Positions 8,173-16,527 of a stretch of 64,000 nt of DNA are shown one piece after another. Under the pieces are notes generated by a model. That model saw nothing but the letters and a program-made list of their open reading frames with translations, had not been told where the DNA came from and did no database searches. Both the position numbers and the translations under genes were made by a program. The first letter of the stretch is position 1; each line of letters begins with the position of its first letter. The DNA is from Planctomycetia bacterium (GTDB taxonomy: Bacteria; Planctomycetota; MHYJ01; WSZJ01), in NCBI GenBank assembly GCA_020849035.1, contig JADLHC010000282.1:13957-77956 (forward strand), given 5' to 3'.

Positions 8173-9006
8173 TCACTTCTTCCCCAGGCGCTCCACGAGG
8201 TACTCCCCGTACGGGTCGTAGCCGGTCTGGATCTCGTGCGGGTCCTGCCCAAGGCGCTCGAACTTCTTCATCTGGTCCTCGGTGAGGATCTTGCGGAACT
8301 CGCCGAGAAGCGTCTGCTTCTCCTGCATGACCCGCGCGAGGTAGGTCTCGTCGGAGCCCGGGATCTTCGCGGTGAAGATCTGCATGAACGCCGCCTTGAC
8401 CTTCTCCTCGGCGTGCTCGGGGTCCTGCATGGCGGTGACGATGTCGTCGAGCACGTTGGTGCCGTCGTTGCGGGGGGTGGTGATGACGCCGAAGCAGAGC
8501 TTCTGGGAGGCGTTGATCGCCTCGGCCATCTGGTCTTCCTGGAGCTCCGTGAGGGCGAGGTCCTTCGACACGTCGGCCAGCGGGCGCTTGTTGTCGTCGC
8601 CGAACAGCCCGCCTTTCTTCTTTTGCGAGCCCTCCATCTTCTCGTCGACCTTGCGGGCGACGAGGTCGTCGATGGCGGCGGGGTCGCCGGTGCCCGAGGC
8701 CGCGGCGAGCGCCTGCTGCTCGAGGCTCTGGAGCCGGCGCTCGAGCTCCGCGGCGCGGGCGGCGACGGCCGCGTCGGCGGCCTTGCGCGCCTCGGCGGAG
8801 GCCGCTCCCGGGGCAGTGGCGGCGGCCGCCGCCTCGGGGTCGACTCCCGCGCGGCGGAGGATCTCCGCGGCGCCCTCGGGGGTCGACTGGCGGGCGAGCG
8901 AGGCCTCGAGCTCCCGGAGGCGGCGCTCCTGGCGGTGCAGGAGGAACCCCTCGGCGCAGGCGGCGGCGGCGAGGGCGACCAGGGCGAAGACGAGTGCGGG
9001 CTTCAT
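8173..9006 (-). CDS. membrane-anchored or secreted coiled-coil protein, hypothetical
   Basis: MKPALVFALVALAAAACA signal/anchor, then an Ala/Glu/Arg coiled region and a globular C-terminus. Start at Met-91 of the track ORF. Confidence 0.6.
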   Translation of the reverse strand: MKPALVFALVALAAAACAEGFLLHRQERRLRELEASLARQSTPEGAAEILRRAGVDPEAAAAATAPGAASAEARKAADAAVAARAAELERRLQSLEQQALAAASGTGDPAAIDDLVARKVDEKMEGSQKKKGGLFGDDNKRPLADVSKDLALTELQEDQMAEAINASQKLCFGVITTPRNDGTNVLDDIVTAMQDPEHAEEKVKAAFMQIFTAKIPGSDETYLARVMQEKQTLLGEFRKILTEDQMKKFERLGQDPHEIQTGYDPYGEYLVERLGKK

Positions 9007-9103
9007 GGGCGGTCCTTTCGACAGCGGGGACGTGCGTGATCTTACAGCGCGGGGGGGCCGCAGGTTTCGCGGTTCTGCGTCCCTAGTGTGAAGCGCCCCT
9101 CGG

Positions 9104-10048
9104 CTACGGCGCGACTGCGGCGCGCAGCGAGAGGGGGACGTCGAGGCGGGGGAGCTCGGAGCTGATCTCGAGGATCGTCGTGCCCGTCGAGTGGAGCACC
9201 TGCCCGCCGCAGCGCAGCACGCTGGAGCCGAGGAGCGCGTTGTAGCAGTAGAGCCGCCGCCCCGTCGTGTCCGCATACTCGACGCCGACCGCCTCCGCCG
9301 GATTCGCCTCGACGTCCCAGGTCACGAGCCCGTCCGGCGTGTCCGCGCGGAACGTCCGCTTCCAGTCCCGCCCCTCGAGCCGCCCGCCCGCGAGCGCCGC
9401 GAGCGTGTTGCCGCGCCACGTCCTCCCGCCCCACGAGACGCCGACGGACGCGACCTTGCCGGCCCCGGGCGCGACCGCCTCCGCGAACCCCGGGCCCTCC
9501 GCGAACTCCGTCGCGTGAGCCCACGTCCAGCCCTTTCCCAGCCCCGGCGTGCCGAAATGCCCCTGGCAGCCCGGCGCGTTCTCGAGGCGCACGGCGCGCC
9601 CGGCGACGGTGACGGTGCCGGTGAAGAGGGTGCGGGGGTTGGGGATGGAGAAGTGGGACGCGGAGAGGGCGCGCCAGAGCGGCGGCGCGGCGTAGTAGCT
9701 TTCGGGGCAGGGCTGGAAGCGGAGGTCCCAGGAGGCGGGGACCGGGCCGCGGACGGCGCCGGTGATGCGGTCCGCGGTGAAATGTCCCGGCCCGATGTGG
9801 ATGCCGAAGGCGGCGGGGTCGGCGCGGAAGCCGCCCTCGGCGAAGGTCTCGCGGGCGGCGGCGGGCGCGTGACCGGGGCGGAACTCGAAGGCCCAGAGCC
9901 CGGCGAAGGCGGGGCCCTCGGCGGGGGACGCGAGCGTGTAGCGGAGCCAGAACGCGGCGCGCGTCGCGGGGTCGTGAATCACGAAGTACCACGACTCGAG
10001 CCAGCCTTTCCGGCGGCCGTCCCAGAGGAGATTGTTGTCGTGATTCAT
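9104..10048 (-). CDS. hypothetical protein (N-terminal W..ESWYF motif reminiscent of CrtC/AttH/tocopherol-cyclase-like barrels; tentative)
   Basis: 314-aa ORF with non-repetitive composition. No catalytic motif recognised with confidence. Confidence 0.55.
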   Translation of the reverse strand: MNHDNNLLWDGRRKGWLESWYFVIHDPATRAAFWLRYTLASPAEGPAFAGLWAFEFRPGHAPAAARETFAEGGFRADPAAFGIHIGPGHFTADRITGAVRGPVPASWDLRFQPCPESYYAAPPLWRALSASHFSIPNPRTLFTGTVTVAGRAVRLENAPGCQGHFGTPGLGKGWTWAHATEFAEGPGFAEAVAPGAGKVASVGVSWGGRTWRGNTLAALAGGRLEGRDWKRTFRADTPDGLVTWDVEANPAEAVGVEYADTTGRRLYCYNALLGSSVLRCGGQVLHSTGTTILEISSELPRLDVPLSLRAAVAP

Positions 10049-10172
10049 CGGTGCGCGTTTCGCAGTCGCCAGCTTAGGGGGGCGCGCGCGGCGCGGAAAG
10101 AGAAAGGCCGCATGCGCTTCCCAAGACGGCGCGCCCCCGCTACTCTTGCGGGCCCGATTTCCGGAGGAGCTG

Positions 10173-11291
10173 ATGGCCGACCTTCGCGGCGCCGTGATGG
10201 CGGCGCTTCAGACCGTGAACGACCCCGAGCTGAACCGGGATCTCGTGTCGTTGAACATGGTGAAGGGGGTGTCGGTGGACGGTGGGGCGGTGTCGGTGGA
10301 GATCGAGCTGACGACGCCGGCGTGCCCGCTGAAGGCGCAGATCGAGAAGGACGTGGCGGAGAAGGTGTCGAAGCTGGCGGGGGTGACGTCCGTGAAGGTG
10401 AGTTTCGGGGCGCAGGTGCGGGTCGCGGTGACGGCGACGGCGGGCGGGATTCCGGGGGTGAAGCACATCATCGCGGTGGGGAGCGGGAAGGGCGGAGTGG
10501 GGAAGTCGACGGTGAGCGCGAACCTCGCGGTGGCGCTGGCGGCGGAGGGGGCGAAGGTGGGGCTGCTGGACCTCGACCTCATGGGGCCGTCGATTCCGCT
10601 GATCATGGGGCTGCAGGGGCGGTGGCCGGAGGCGGACGGAGGGGGCCGTGTGCTGCCGATCGAGCGGCTGGGCGTGGGCGTGATCTCGTTCGGGTTCTTC
10701 CATCCCGCGCAGGACGCGTTCGTGGTGCGCGGGCCGATCATGGCGGGGTACGTGAAGAAGTTCCTGAACGACGTGGCGTGGGGGGAGCGGGACTACCTGA
10801 TCGTGGACCTGCCGCCGGGGACGGGGGACATCCAGCTGTCGCTGTGCCAGTCGATCCCGATGACGGGGGCGGTGCTGGTGACGACGCCGCAGGATGTCGC
10901 GCTCCTGGTGGCGACGAAGGCGATCTCGATGTTCAACCAGCTCAAGGTCTCGATCCTGGGCCTCGTCGAGAACATGTCGTCGTTCGAGTGCCCGCACTGT
11001 CACCAGTCGACGGACATCTTCGGGCACGGAGGCGCGCGCGAGGCCGCGAACCGGATGAAGATCCCGTTCCTGGGGGAGATCCCGCTGGACCCGGCGATCC
11101 GCCACGCCGAGAACGACGGCGTTCCCGTCGTGCGCGCCAGGCCCGACGGCGCGCAGGCGCGCGCGTTTCGCGAGACGGCGCGCGCCCTCGCTGGCCGCGT
11201 CTCGATGCGCGCCCTCGGCGGCGACGCCCTCGAGCGCGTCCTGAACAAGGCCAGGACCCTCTTCCGCACGGCCGGCGCGCCCACGGCCTGA
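10173..11291 (+). CDS. apbC: Fe-S cluster carrier ATPase Mrp/ApbC/NBP35 with N-terminal DUF59-like domain
   Basis: LQTVNDPELNRDLVSLNMV (DUF59-like), IIAVGSGKGGVGKST Walker A, and FECPHC CxxC. Confidence 0.9.
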   Translation: MADLRGAVMAALQTVNDPELNRDLVSLNMVKGVSVDGGAVSVEIELTTPACPLKAQIEKDVAEKVSKLAGVTSVKVSFGAQVRVAVTATAGGIPGVKHIIAVGSGKGGVGKSTVSANLAVALAAEGAKVGLLDLDLMGPSIPLIMGLQGRWPEADGGGRVLPIERLGVGVISFGFFHPAQDAFVVRGPIMAGYVKKFLNDVAWGERDYLIVDLPPGTGDIQLSLCQSIPMTGAVLVTTPQDVALLVATKAISMFNQLKVSILGLVENMSSFECPHCHQSTDIFGHGGAREAANRMKIPFLGEIPLDPAIRHAENDGVPVVRARPDGAQARAFRETARALAGRVSMRALGGDALERVLNKARTLFRTAGAPTA

Positions 11292-11309
11292 CACCCCGGA
11301 GAAACCAAC

Positions 11310-12758
11310 GTGCCCGGCGACCGCGACGTCCTCCTCATCGTCGAAAAGGCCCAGCGCGGCCCGATCGACGACGTCCGCCTCGAGTTCGACCCCCTCGCCT
11401 ACAAGATCCCGCCGCACATCACGCTCGTCTACACCGACGAGGGCGCGAAGGTCAACGCCGCCGCCGTGACGCGCGTCGCCAGCCAGCTCTTCCGCATGGT
11501 CCTCCGCTTCGACCGCATCCAGATCGTCGGGGAACGGAACGTGTGGCTCATGGCGGACGAGGAGTCGGCGACGTACGTGGAGGGGATCCGGAAGGAGCTG
11601 ATCGAGGGGAAGTGCAACCCGCGGATCGTGCTCGGGCGCGGCAAGGACCGTGGCGAGGCGGAGCGGATCCGGGACCATGCGCTGAAGAAGCTGCGGCTGC
11701 CGTGCGTGGTGGAATTCAGCGAGATCCTGCACGAGGAGGTGCTGCCGGACGGGTCGAGCCGCGCGATCGGGAAGTTCCCGCTGCGGCAGGACCAGCTGGT
11801 GTTCCAGGCGACGCGCGCGGCGCGGTGGCTGTGGAGCGTCTGGCCGTTTGAGGCGGGGACGGGGCTCGACGTGTCGAAGACGGCGTACCGGTTGCTCACG
11901 CACCTGATGCCGTTCGAGGAGGAGACGATCCGGGAGTCCTCGTGGGCCGGGGTCCGCCTCGCCGAGGAGCCGCTCGAGCGGTTCGACATGCAGGAAGTGG
12001 TGTCGGCGGGGAACCGTGCGCTGGCCGTGCTCCGCTGGGACCCGAAGGAGAACAAGCGCTTCATCCAGGTGCACGCGCACTCGCTGCCTGGTTCCGCGAA
12101 AGTGCGGGACGCGGAGGGGCTTGTGGAGGCGGCGAAGCGTGAGTTTGAGGGGGCGGGGCACGCGGCGGTGCGGCTGTTCCTGTGGGGCGACCGGCGCGCG
12201 GCCCCGCTTCCGGGGAACCTGTGGCACTACGACTCGGTGGAGACGCTGGGGAAACTGCCGGAGGAGGTGGGGTACGACGTGCCGCCGGGGCTGGAGTTGC
12301 GGCGGGAGACGACGGTGGAGTTCATGGAGGACTACCGGCAGCTGTACGCGGACCACCGGCAGGCGCACCCGAACGTGGCGGAGTCCGCGGACGCGGACAT
12401 GATGCGCATGAACCTCTCGAGCGGGGGGGTGCTGACTCTCCGGGACAAGGGGGAGGTGATCGGCCTGGTGGGGTGGCAGCTGGCGTCGCAGCCGCAGTGG
12501 GACGTGACGTGCCACACGGTGGGGGACGTGATCGTGGCGGGGAACCGGAGGTGGCGCGGGCTTGGGAAGGTGCTGAGGGCGCTGGCGGCGAAGGCGATGG
12601 ACCGGAACGCGAGCGAATTCCACGCGGGGAGGATCCGCGCGTACAACGTGGCGGCGCTGTCGGGGGCGCTGGAGAGCGGGCGAAGCGTGGTCGCGACGAA
12701 CGTCTGGGTGGACGCGAGCGACAAGCAGGGGTGGCGGCGCTACTCGCTGGACGCGTAG
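11310..12758 (+). CDS. two-domain protein: degenerate 2H-phosphoesterase-like N-terminus plus GNAT acetyltransferase C-terminus
   Basis: GTG start. PHITLVY (first HxT motif), but the second expected HxT position reads PRIVLGR. C-terminus has VIVAGNRRWRGLGKVL, a GNAT acetyl-CoA loop. Confidence 0.65.
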   Translation: MPGDRDVLLIVEKAQRGPIDDVRLEFDPLAYKIPPHITLVYTDEGAKVNAAAVTRVASQLFRMVLRFDRIQIVGERNVWLMADEESATYVEGIRKELIEGKCNPRIVLGRGKDRGEAERIRDHALKKLRLPCVVEFSEILHEEVLPDGSSRAIGKFPLRQDQLVFQATRAARWLWSVWPFEAGTGLDVSKTAYRLLTHLMPFEEETIRESSWAGVRLAEEPLERFDMQEVVSAGNRALAVLRWDPKENKRFIQVHAHSLPGSAKVRDAEGLVEAAKREFEGAGHAAVRLFLWGDRRAAPLPGNLWHYDSVETLGKLPEEVGYDVPPGLELRRETTVEFMEDYRQLYADHRQAHPNVAESADADMMRMNLSSGGVLTLRDKGEVIGLVGWQLASQPQWDVTCHTVGDVIVAGNRRWRGLGKVLRALAAKAMDRNASEFHAGRIRAYNVAALSGALESGRSVVATNVWVDASDKQGWRRYSLDA

Positions 12759-12760
12759 CG

Positions 12761-13297
12761 ATGACCTGGGTCCTGTGCGTCGGCGGAACCGCGGTGGCGT
12801 TCCTGGCGGCCGTCTTCGTGCTCCTGCTCGTGGCGGGGCTCCTCCTGCCGCGCGACCACGTCGCCTCGCGGACCGCGCGGTTCGCGGCGGCGCCGGGCGC
12901 CGTCTGGGCCGTCGTCTCGGATTTCGAGGCGGGTCCGTCGTGGAACCCGTCGGTGAAGAAGGTCGAGCGCCTGCCCGACCGGGAGGGGCGCCCGGCCTGG
13001 AGGGAGGACCTCGCGTTCGGGCCGCCGCTCGCGTTCGTCCTCACCGAGTCCGTCCCGCCGCGCCGCCAGGTCCGCACGATCGACGGGGCGCAGGCCTCCT
13101 TCGGCGGAAGCTGGACCTGGGAGCTCGAGCCGGACGGGACGGGGACGCGCCTCACGCTGACGGAGCGCGGCACGGTCCCGTTCCCGCTCTGGCGCACGCT
13201 GGTCCGGATCATGGGGGCGGACGCGCACGTCGTGCGGTACCTGAAGGCGCTGGCGGCGAGGCTCGGGGAAGCGCCGCGGATTGACGCGGTGCGTTAA
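12761..13297 (+). CDS. SRPBCC (START/polyketide-cyclase-like) protein with N-terminal TM anchor
   Basis: 178 aa from an internal Met. TM segment MTWVLCVGGTAVAFLAAVFVLLLVAGLLL, then VWAVVSDFEAGPSWNP typical of SRPBCC. Confidence 0.6.
   Translation: MTWVLCVGGTAVAFLAAVFVLLLVAGLLLPRDHVASRTARFAAAPGAVWAVVSDFEAGPSWNPSVKKVERLPDREGRPAWREDLAFGPPLAFVLTESVPPRRQVRTIDGAQASFGGSWTWELEPDGTGTRLTLTERGTVPFPLWRTLVRIMGADAHVVRYLKALAARLGEAPRIDAVR
13281..13297. repeat. 17-bp palindrome family (copy 4, one mismatch)
   Basis: TTGACGCGGTGCGTTAA. The C-to-T mismatch creates the TAA stop of the SRPBCC gene. Confidence 0.65.
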
Positions 13298-13409
13298 GAG
13301 CGGCGGGCCGCAGGCAGGGCGGCGCGCGGCACCGAGGGGAGACGACGCAGGCCGGGCTTCCTGCGGACGATTGCGGGCGCCGCGGCGACGGCTTCGCAGC
13401 ACGGTCTCC

Positions 13410-15761
13410 TCACGGCGCGTCGAGCGCCTCGAGGAGCGCGCGGCGGAGGGCCTCGAATTTCTCCGCGTCGAGCCTGCCGAAATCGATGCGGCCGGCGTCG
13501 TCCTCGGAGGACTTGCGGAACTCGCCGGTGAGGCCGAGGAAGGCGGCGAGTCCGGCGCGGATTTCGGCGCGGGAGGCTTTCGACTTCGCAAGCCAGAGGC
13601 GGAGGAGCTCGGCGTCCTGTGCGCCGCGCCGGAGCATCTTGAGGCGGAGGGTGGCGTACGGCGCGCGGGGGACCTTCGGCGTCGCGGGCAGGAGGAGCGC
13701 GGTGTCCTCGGGCTTCTCCCAGGAGTCCTGCCGGCCGATGGACTGCCACGGCACGACGCCGTCGCAGCCGTCGAGGAACGCCTGGACGCACCACGCCCGC
13801 GCCGACTGGCCGTTGGCACCGGGAGCGGGAACCGAGCCGTACGTCCACGCGGCCTCGCCGCGGCCGAAGACGAGCCCGGGGTATTCGCGATACACGCCGC
13901 CGATCACGTCCAGCCCGACGAGCCCGTCGAGGTACCCGCGTCGCCACTGCGGGCGCGAGAGGTCCACGCGGAACGCGAGCGGCGCGCCGGGGACCTGCGC
14001 GACTCCTTCCTTCACAAGGCGACCGAAGTACCGGAGGGCGAGGAAGTCGTCCCGGTACGCCGGCTCGTCCAGCAGCCACCAGCACGAGTCGCGGTCGGGC
14101 TTGAAGTAGTTGTTCTTGTCGTTCAGGTAGACCTGGAATTGCGTCCCTTTCCACGCGGCGCAATGACGTGCTGCGTCAACGACCGCCGCCCGGAACGCGT
14201 CCGCGTAGGACTTCGGGAACGCCTCCTCGATTGCCGGCGCGTCGCGCCAGTGGTCGTCCAGCGTCCCCTTGTACGCGTAGTTCGCGCGGATGCGGAGCGG
14301 CCAGTTCTCGCTGAAGGGCAGGTAGAAGTGGTCCAGCGGAGTCCCGTCGCGCGGCAGCCCCGCGAACGCGCTTCCGTCGAAGTACGGCTTCCAGCGCGCG
14401 TCCCACGCCTCCCACGATGCGATCGTCCCGTCCTTCAGCTCCGGCGCGAACCCGTCTTCCACGTCCCCGTGGTGCGAGTAGGGGACAACCGCGATCGTCG
14501 CGCGGTGCTCGTGCGCCATCCGGTGGAACGCGCGCTCGAGCTCGAGGAACGCCTTCGTGCCCGGCTTGTCGCCGAGTATCCCGCCGGGCGACGAGTACGT
14601 GTTGAGCGAGACGTGGAAGCTGAGCGCGTCGGGGAGGACGGCCTTGTGGACATGAAGCGTCACCGGAATGCGCGTCGCGCCGAGGGTGAGCGCGAGTTTC
14701 TGCTCCCCGGGGTCCGCGTTTTTCGGAACGTAACGCTCGACGTGGAACAGCCCGGGTCCCTTGCCGCCCGGAACGAGCGGGTCCGCGGCCGCGCCCACGC
14801 CGAGGATCTGCGTGACGACGAATCCGTCGGCCTTGATCGACTGCTCGGCGTCCAGGGCGACCTCGAAGGCGACGTGCTCGCCGCGCGCGGCGTGCAGCTC
14901 GATGACGTGTCCGTCCCAGAGCCGCCTGGTTGCCTTCGCCGTGGCGTCCCATTCGCCTTCGGGGAGGACGCGGAAGAACACGTTCGGTTCGGGGACGCCG
15001 GGCTCTCCCCGCACGTGCTTCAGCAACTCCTGTGAGCGGTCCTTCGCCGGCGGTTCGGCCGACAGCTCGAATCGACTCGCCCCCGACGCCGGCGGCCGCG
15101 CGTCCTCCAGCTTCCCGACGACGACGTACGGCGCGCTCGAGTTCTGCTCGCGGCTCATCACGTCGTTGTTCCAGCGCGTCTGCCCCTTTTCGTCCGACAC
15201 CGCGAACCCGAAGGAGTTTCCCTCGGCGATCGCGTGCAGCACGCGCGGCGGCAGCGGGATCGAGAGCCAGCCGTCCTTCTCCGCTCGGACTTCGACCGCG
15301 TCCCACACGGAGCCGCCCGCGCCGAACGCCGCGCCCAGGAAATCGCTCCCCGGCCCCGCCCACTCCCGCTCGCCGCGCGCCGCGGCGAGGAAGCACGACT
15401 CGCCCTTCTTCGCCTCCGTGTCCGGCCCCGCGCCCTCGCTCCACGCCGTCGCGACCGTCGAGACGCCCATCGTCCGCAGCCGCACCTCGCCCGCCGCCCG
15501 CACCCACAGCCGCGCCTCCACCACCGTCTTGCCCCGCAGCGCCGCCACGTCCACGTCGAACAGCAGGATGTGCTCGTTCCCCTTAACCCTCAGCCGCGAC
15601 TTCCCCCCGTCGTTCAGCGCGCGCTCGTTCTCGTGGATGCAGATCGACGTGTCGGCGGTGACAGGGAGGCGGAGGGGGTCGGCGGACGCGAGGGGGGGAG
15701 CAAGGAGCAGGAGCCAAGCCGCGGCGACCTCAACTGCACTGCCCTTCAATCCACGCAGCAT
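13410..15761 (-). CDS. secreted protein, possibly DUF4091/GH123-like glycoside-hydrolase-related (tentative)
   Basis: Signal peptide MLRGLKGSAVEVAAAWLLLLAPPLASA. Large globular ORF with good coding composition. Function is from weak family resemblance only. Confidence 0.65.
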   Translation of the reverse strand: MLRGLKGSAVEVAAAWLLLLAPPLASADPLRLPVTADTSICIHENERALNDGGKSRLRVKGNEHILLFDVDVAALRGKTVVEARLWVRAAGEVRLRTMGVSTVATAWSEGAGPDTEAKKGESCFLAAARGEREWAGPGSDFLGAAFGAGGSVWDAVEVRAEKDGWLSIPLPPRVLHAIAEGNSFGFAVSDEKGQTRWNNDVMSREQNSSAPYVVVGKLEDARPPASGASRFELSAEPPAKDRSQELLKHVRGEPGVPEPNVFFRVLPEGEWDATAKATRRLWDGHVIELHAARGEHVAFEVALDAEQSIKADGFVVTQILGVGAAADPLVPGGKGPGLFHVERYVPKNADPGEQKLALTLGATRIPVTLHVHKAVLPDALSFHVSLNTYSSPGGILGDKPGTKAFLELERAFHRMAHEHRATIAVVPYSHHGDVEDGFAPELKDGTIASWEAWDARWKPYFDGSAFAGLPRDGTPLDHFYLPFSENWPLRIRANYAYKGTLDDHWRDAPAIEEAFPKSYADAFRAAVVDAARHCAAWKGTQFQVYLNDKNNYFKPDRDSCWWLLDEPAYRDDFLALRYFGRLVKEGVAQVPGAPLAFRVDLSRPQWRRGYLDGLVGLDVIGGVYREYPGLVFGRGEAAWTYGSVPAPGANGQSARAWCVQAFLDGCDGVVPWQSIGRQDSWEKPEDTALLLPATPKVPRAPYATLRLKMLRRGAQDAELLRLWLAKSKASRAEIRAGLAAFLGLTGEFRKSSEDDAGRIDFGRLDAEKFEALRRALLEALDAP

Positions 15762-16527
15762 CGAAATTGCCTCGCAGGAGTTCTTTCCTGTCGATGAGCC
15801 AGTAGAGCAGCCCTGCATCCCCCCACATCATGCCTGCGCGGTCGTCGGAATCGACCTGAAACAAGAGGTCATCCTGGTTCGACTGTACGAAGTCCTGGAC
15901 AGCATCCATGAAACCGCCGATCCGATGTGAAGGCTGCCGCTCTCCATTCGGAGCTGCCAGGGACAACCGCAGTGCTTCCCAGGCTTCGAATTCGGCATCC
16001 GTCTCCTCGCGATCTTTCACGAGGGCATCAAGAACGGCGGGAAGCGTGAATTCCGCGCCGAACGCCAGCCTGCAAGGTGAGAATCGAAGTTCCCTGCCTA
16101 GGGCACTTGGCGAATTCACTCGGTGCAGCGCATGAGATGCCGATGTGTAGATCACCTTGGCAGCATCGTGGTCTGCGTCACCGGTGTTCCAGCAGCGGAA
16201 TTCGCCTTCGTAAAAGAAGCTGAGCAGTCCGCGCCGAGGCAGGTTCCCCGTGAATTCGACCGGTGCGAGCTCTGCGCAGTTCAACTGCGCGATGAAGGCC
16301 AGCGGCCTGCCCTGAAAAGTGGGCCACACGAATCCCGGAGGGACATCGGGTGTGCCCCCAAGTCGCGACACCCCCACTTCGTCTGCGGATCCGGACACGA
16401 CAAGTGCTCTGACGGAAGGCACTAACGCCCCTTGGATCGCCCTGGAGAAGGACCCGAGCTTGTGTTCATCGATCAGTGCATCGATCTGCTCCAGGGTCAG
16501 CCTTGGCGCGGGAAACCCCGTCGTCAT
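15730..16527 (-). CDS. DUF1963 (YwqG-like) domain protein
   Basis: 265 aa from an internal Met. SRLGGTPDVPPGFVWP...PLAFIAQLNC...LLSFFY...HRIGGF...MWGDAGLLYW is the DUF1963 pattern. The ATG overlaps the WD40 gene stop (ATGA). Lower GC (line 16081-16140 is 34/60). Confidence 0.7.
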   Translation of the reverse strand: MTTGFPAPRLTLEQIDALIDEHKLGSFSRAIQGALVPSVRALVVSGSADEVGVSRLGGTPDVPPGFVWPTFQGRPLAFIAQLNCAELAPVEFTGNLPRRGLLSFFYEGEFRCWNTGDADHDAAKVIYTSASHALHRVNSPSALGRELRFSPCRLAFGAEFTLPAVLDALVKDREETDAEFEAWEALRLSLAAPNGERQPSHRIGGFMDAVQDFVQSNQDDLLFQVDSDDRAGMMWGDAGLLYWLIDRKELLRGNFDAAWIEGQCS

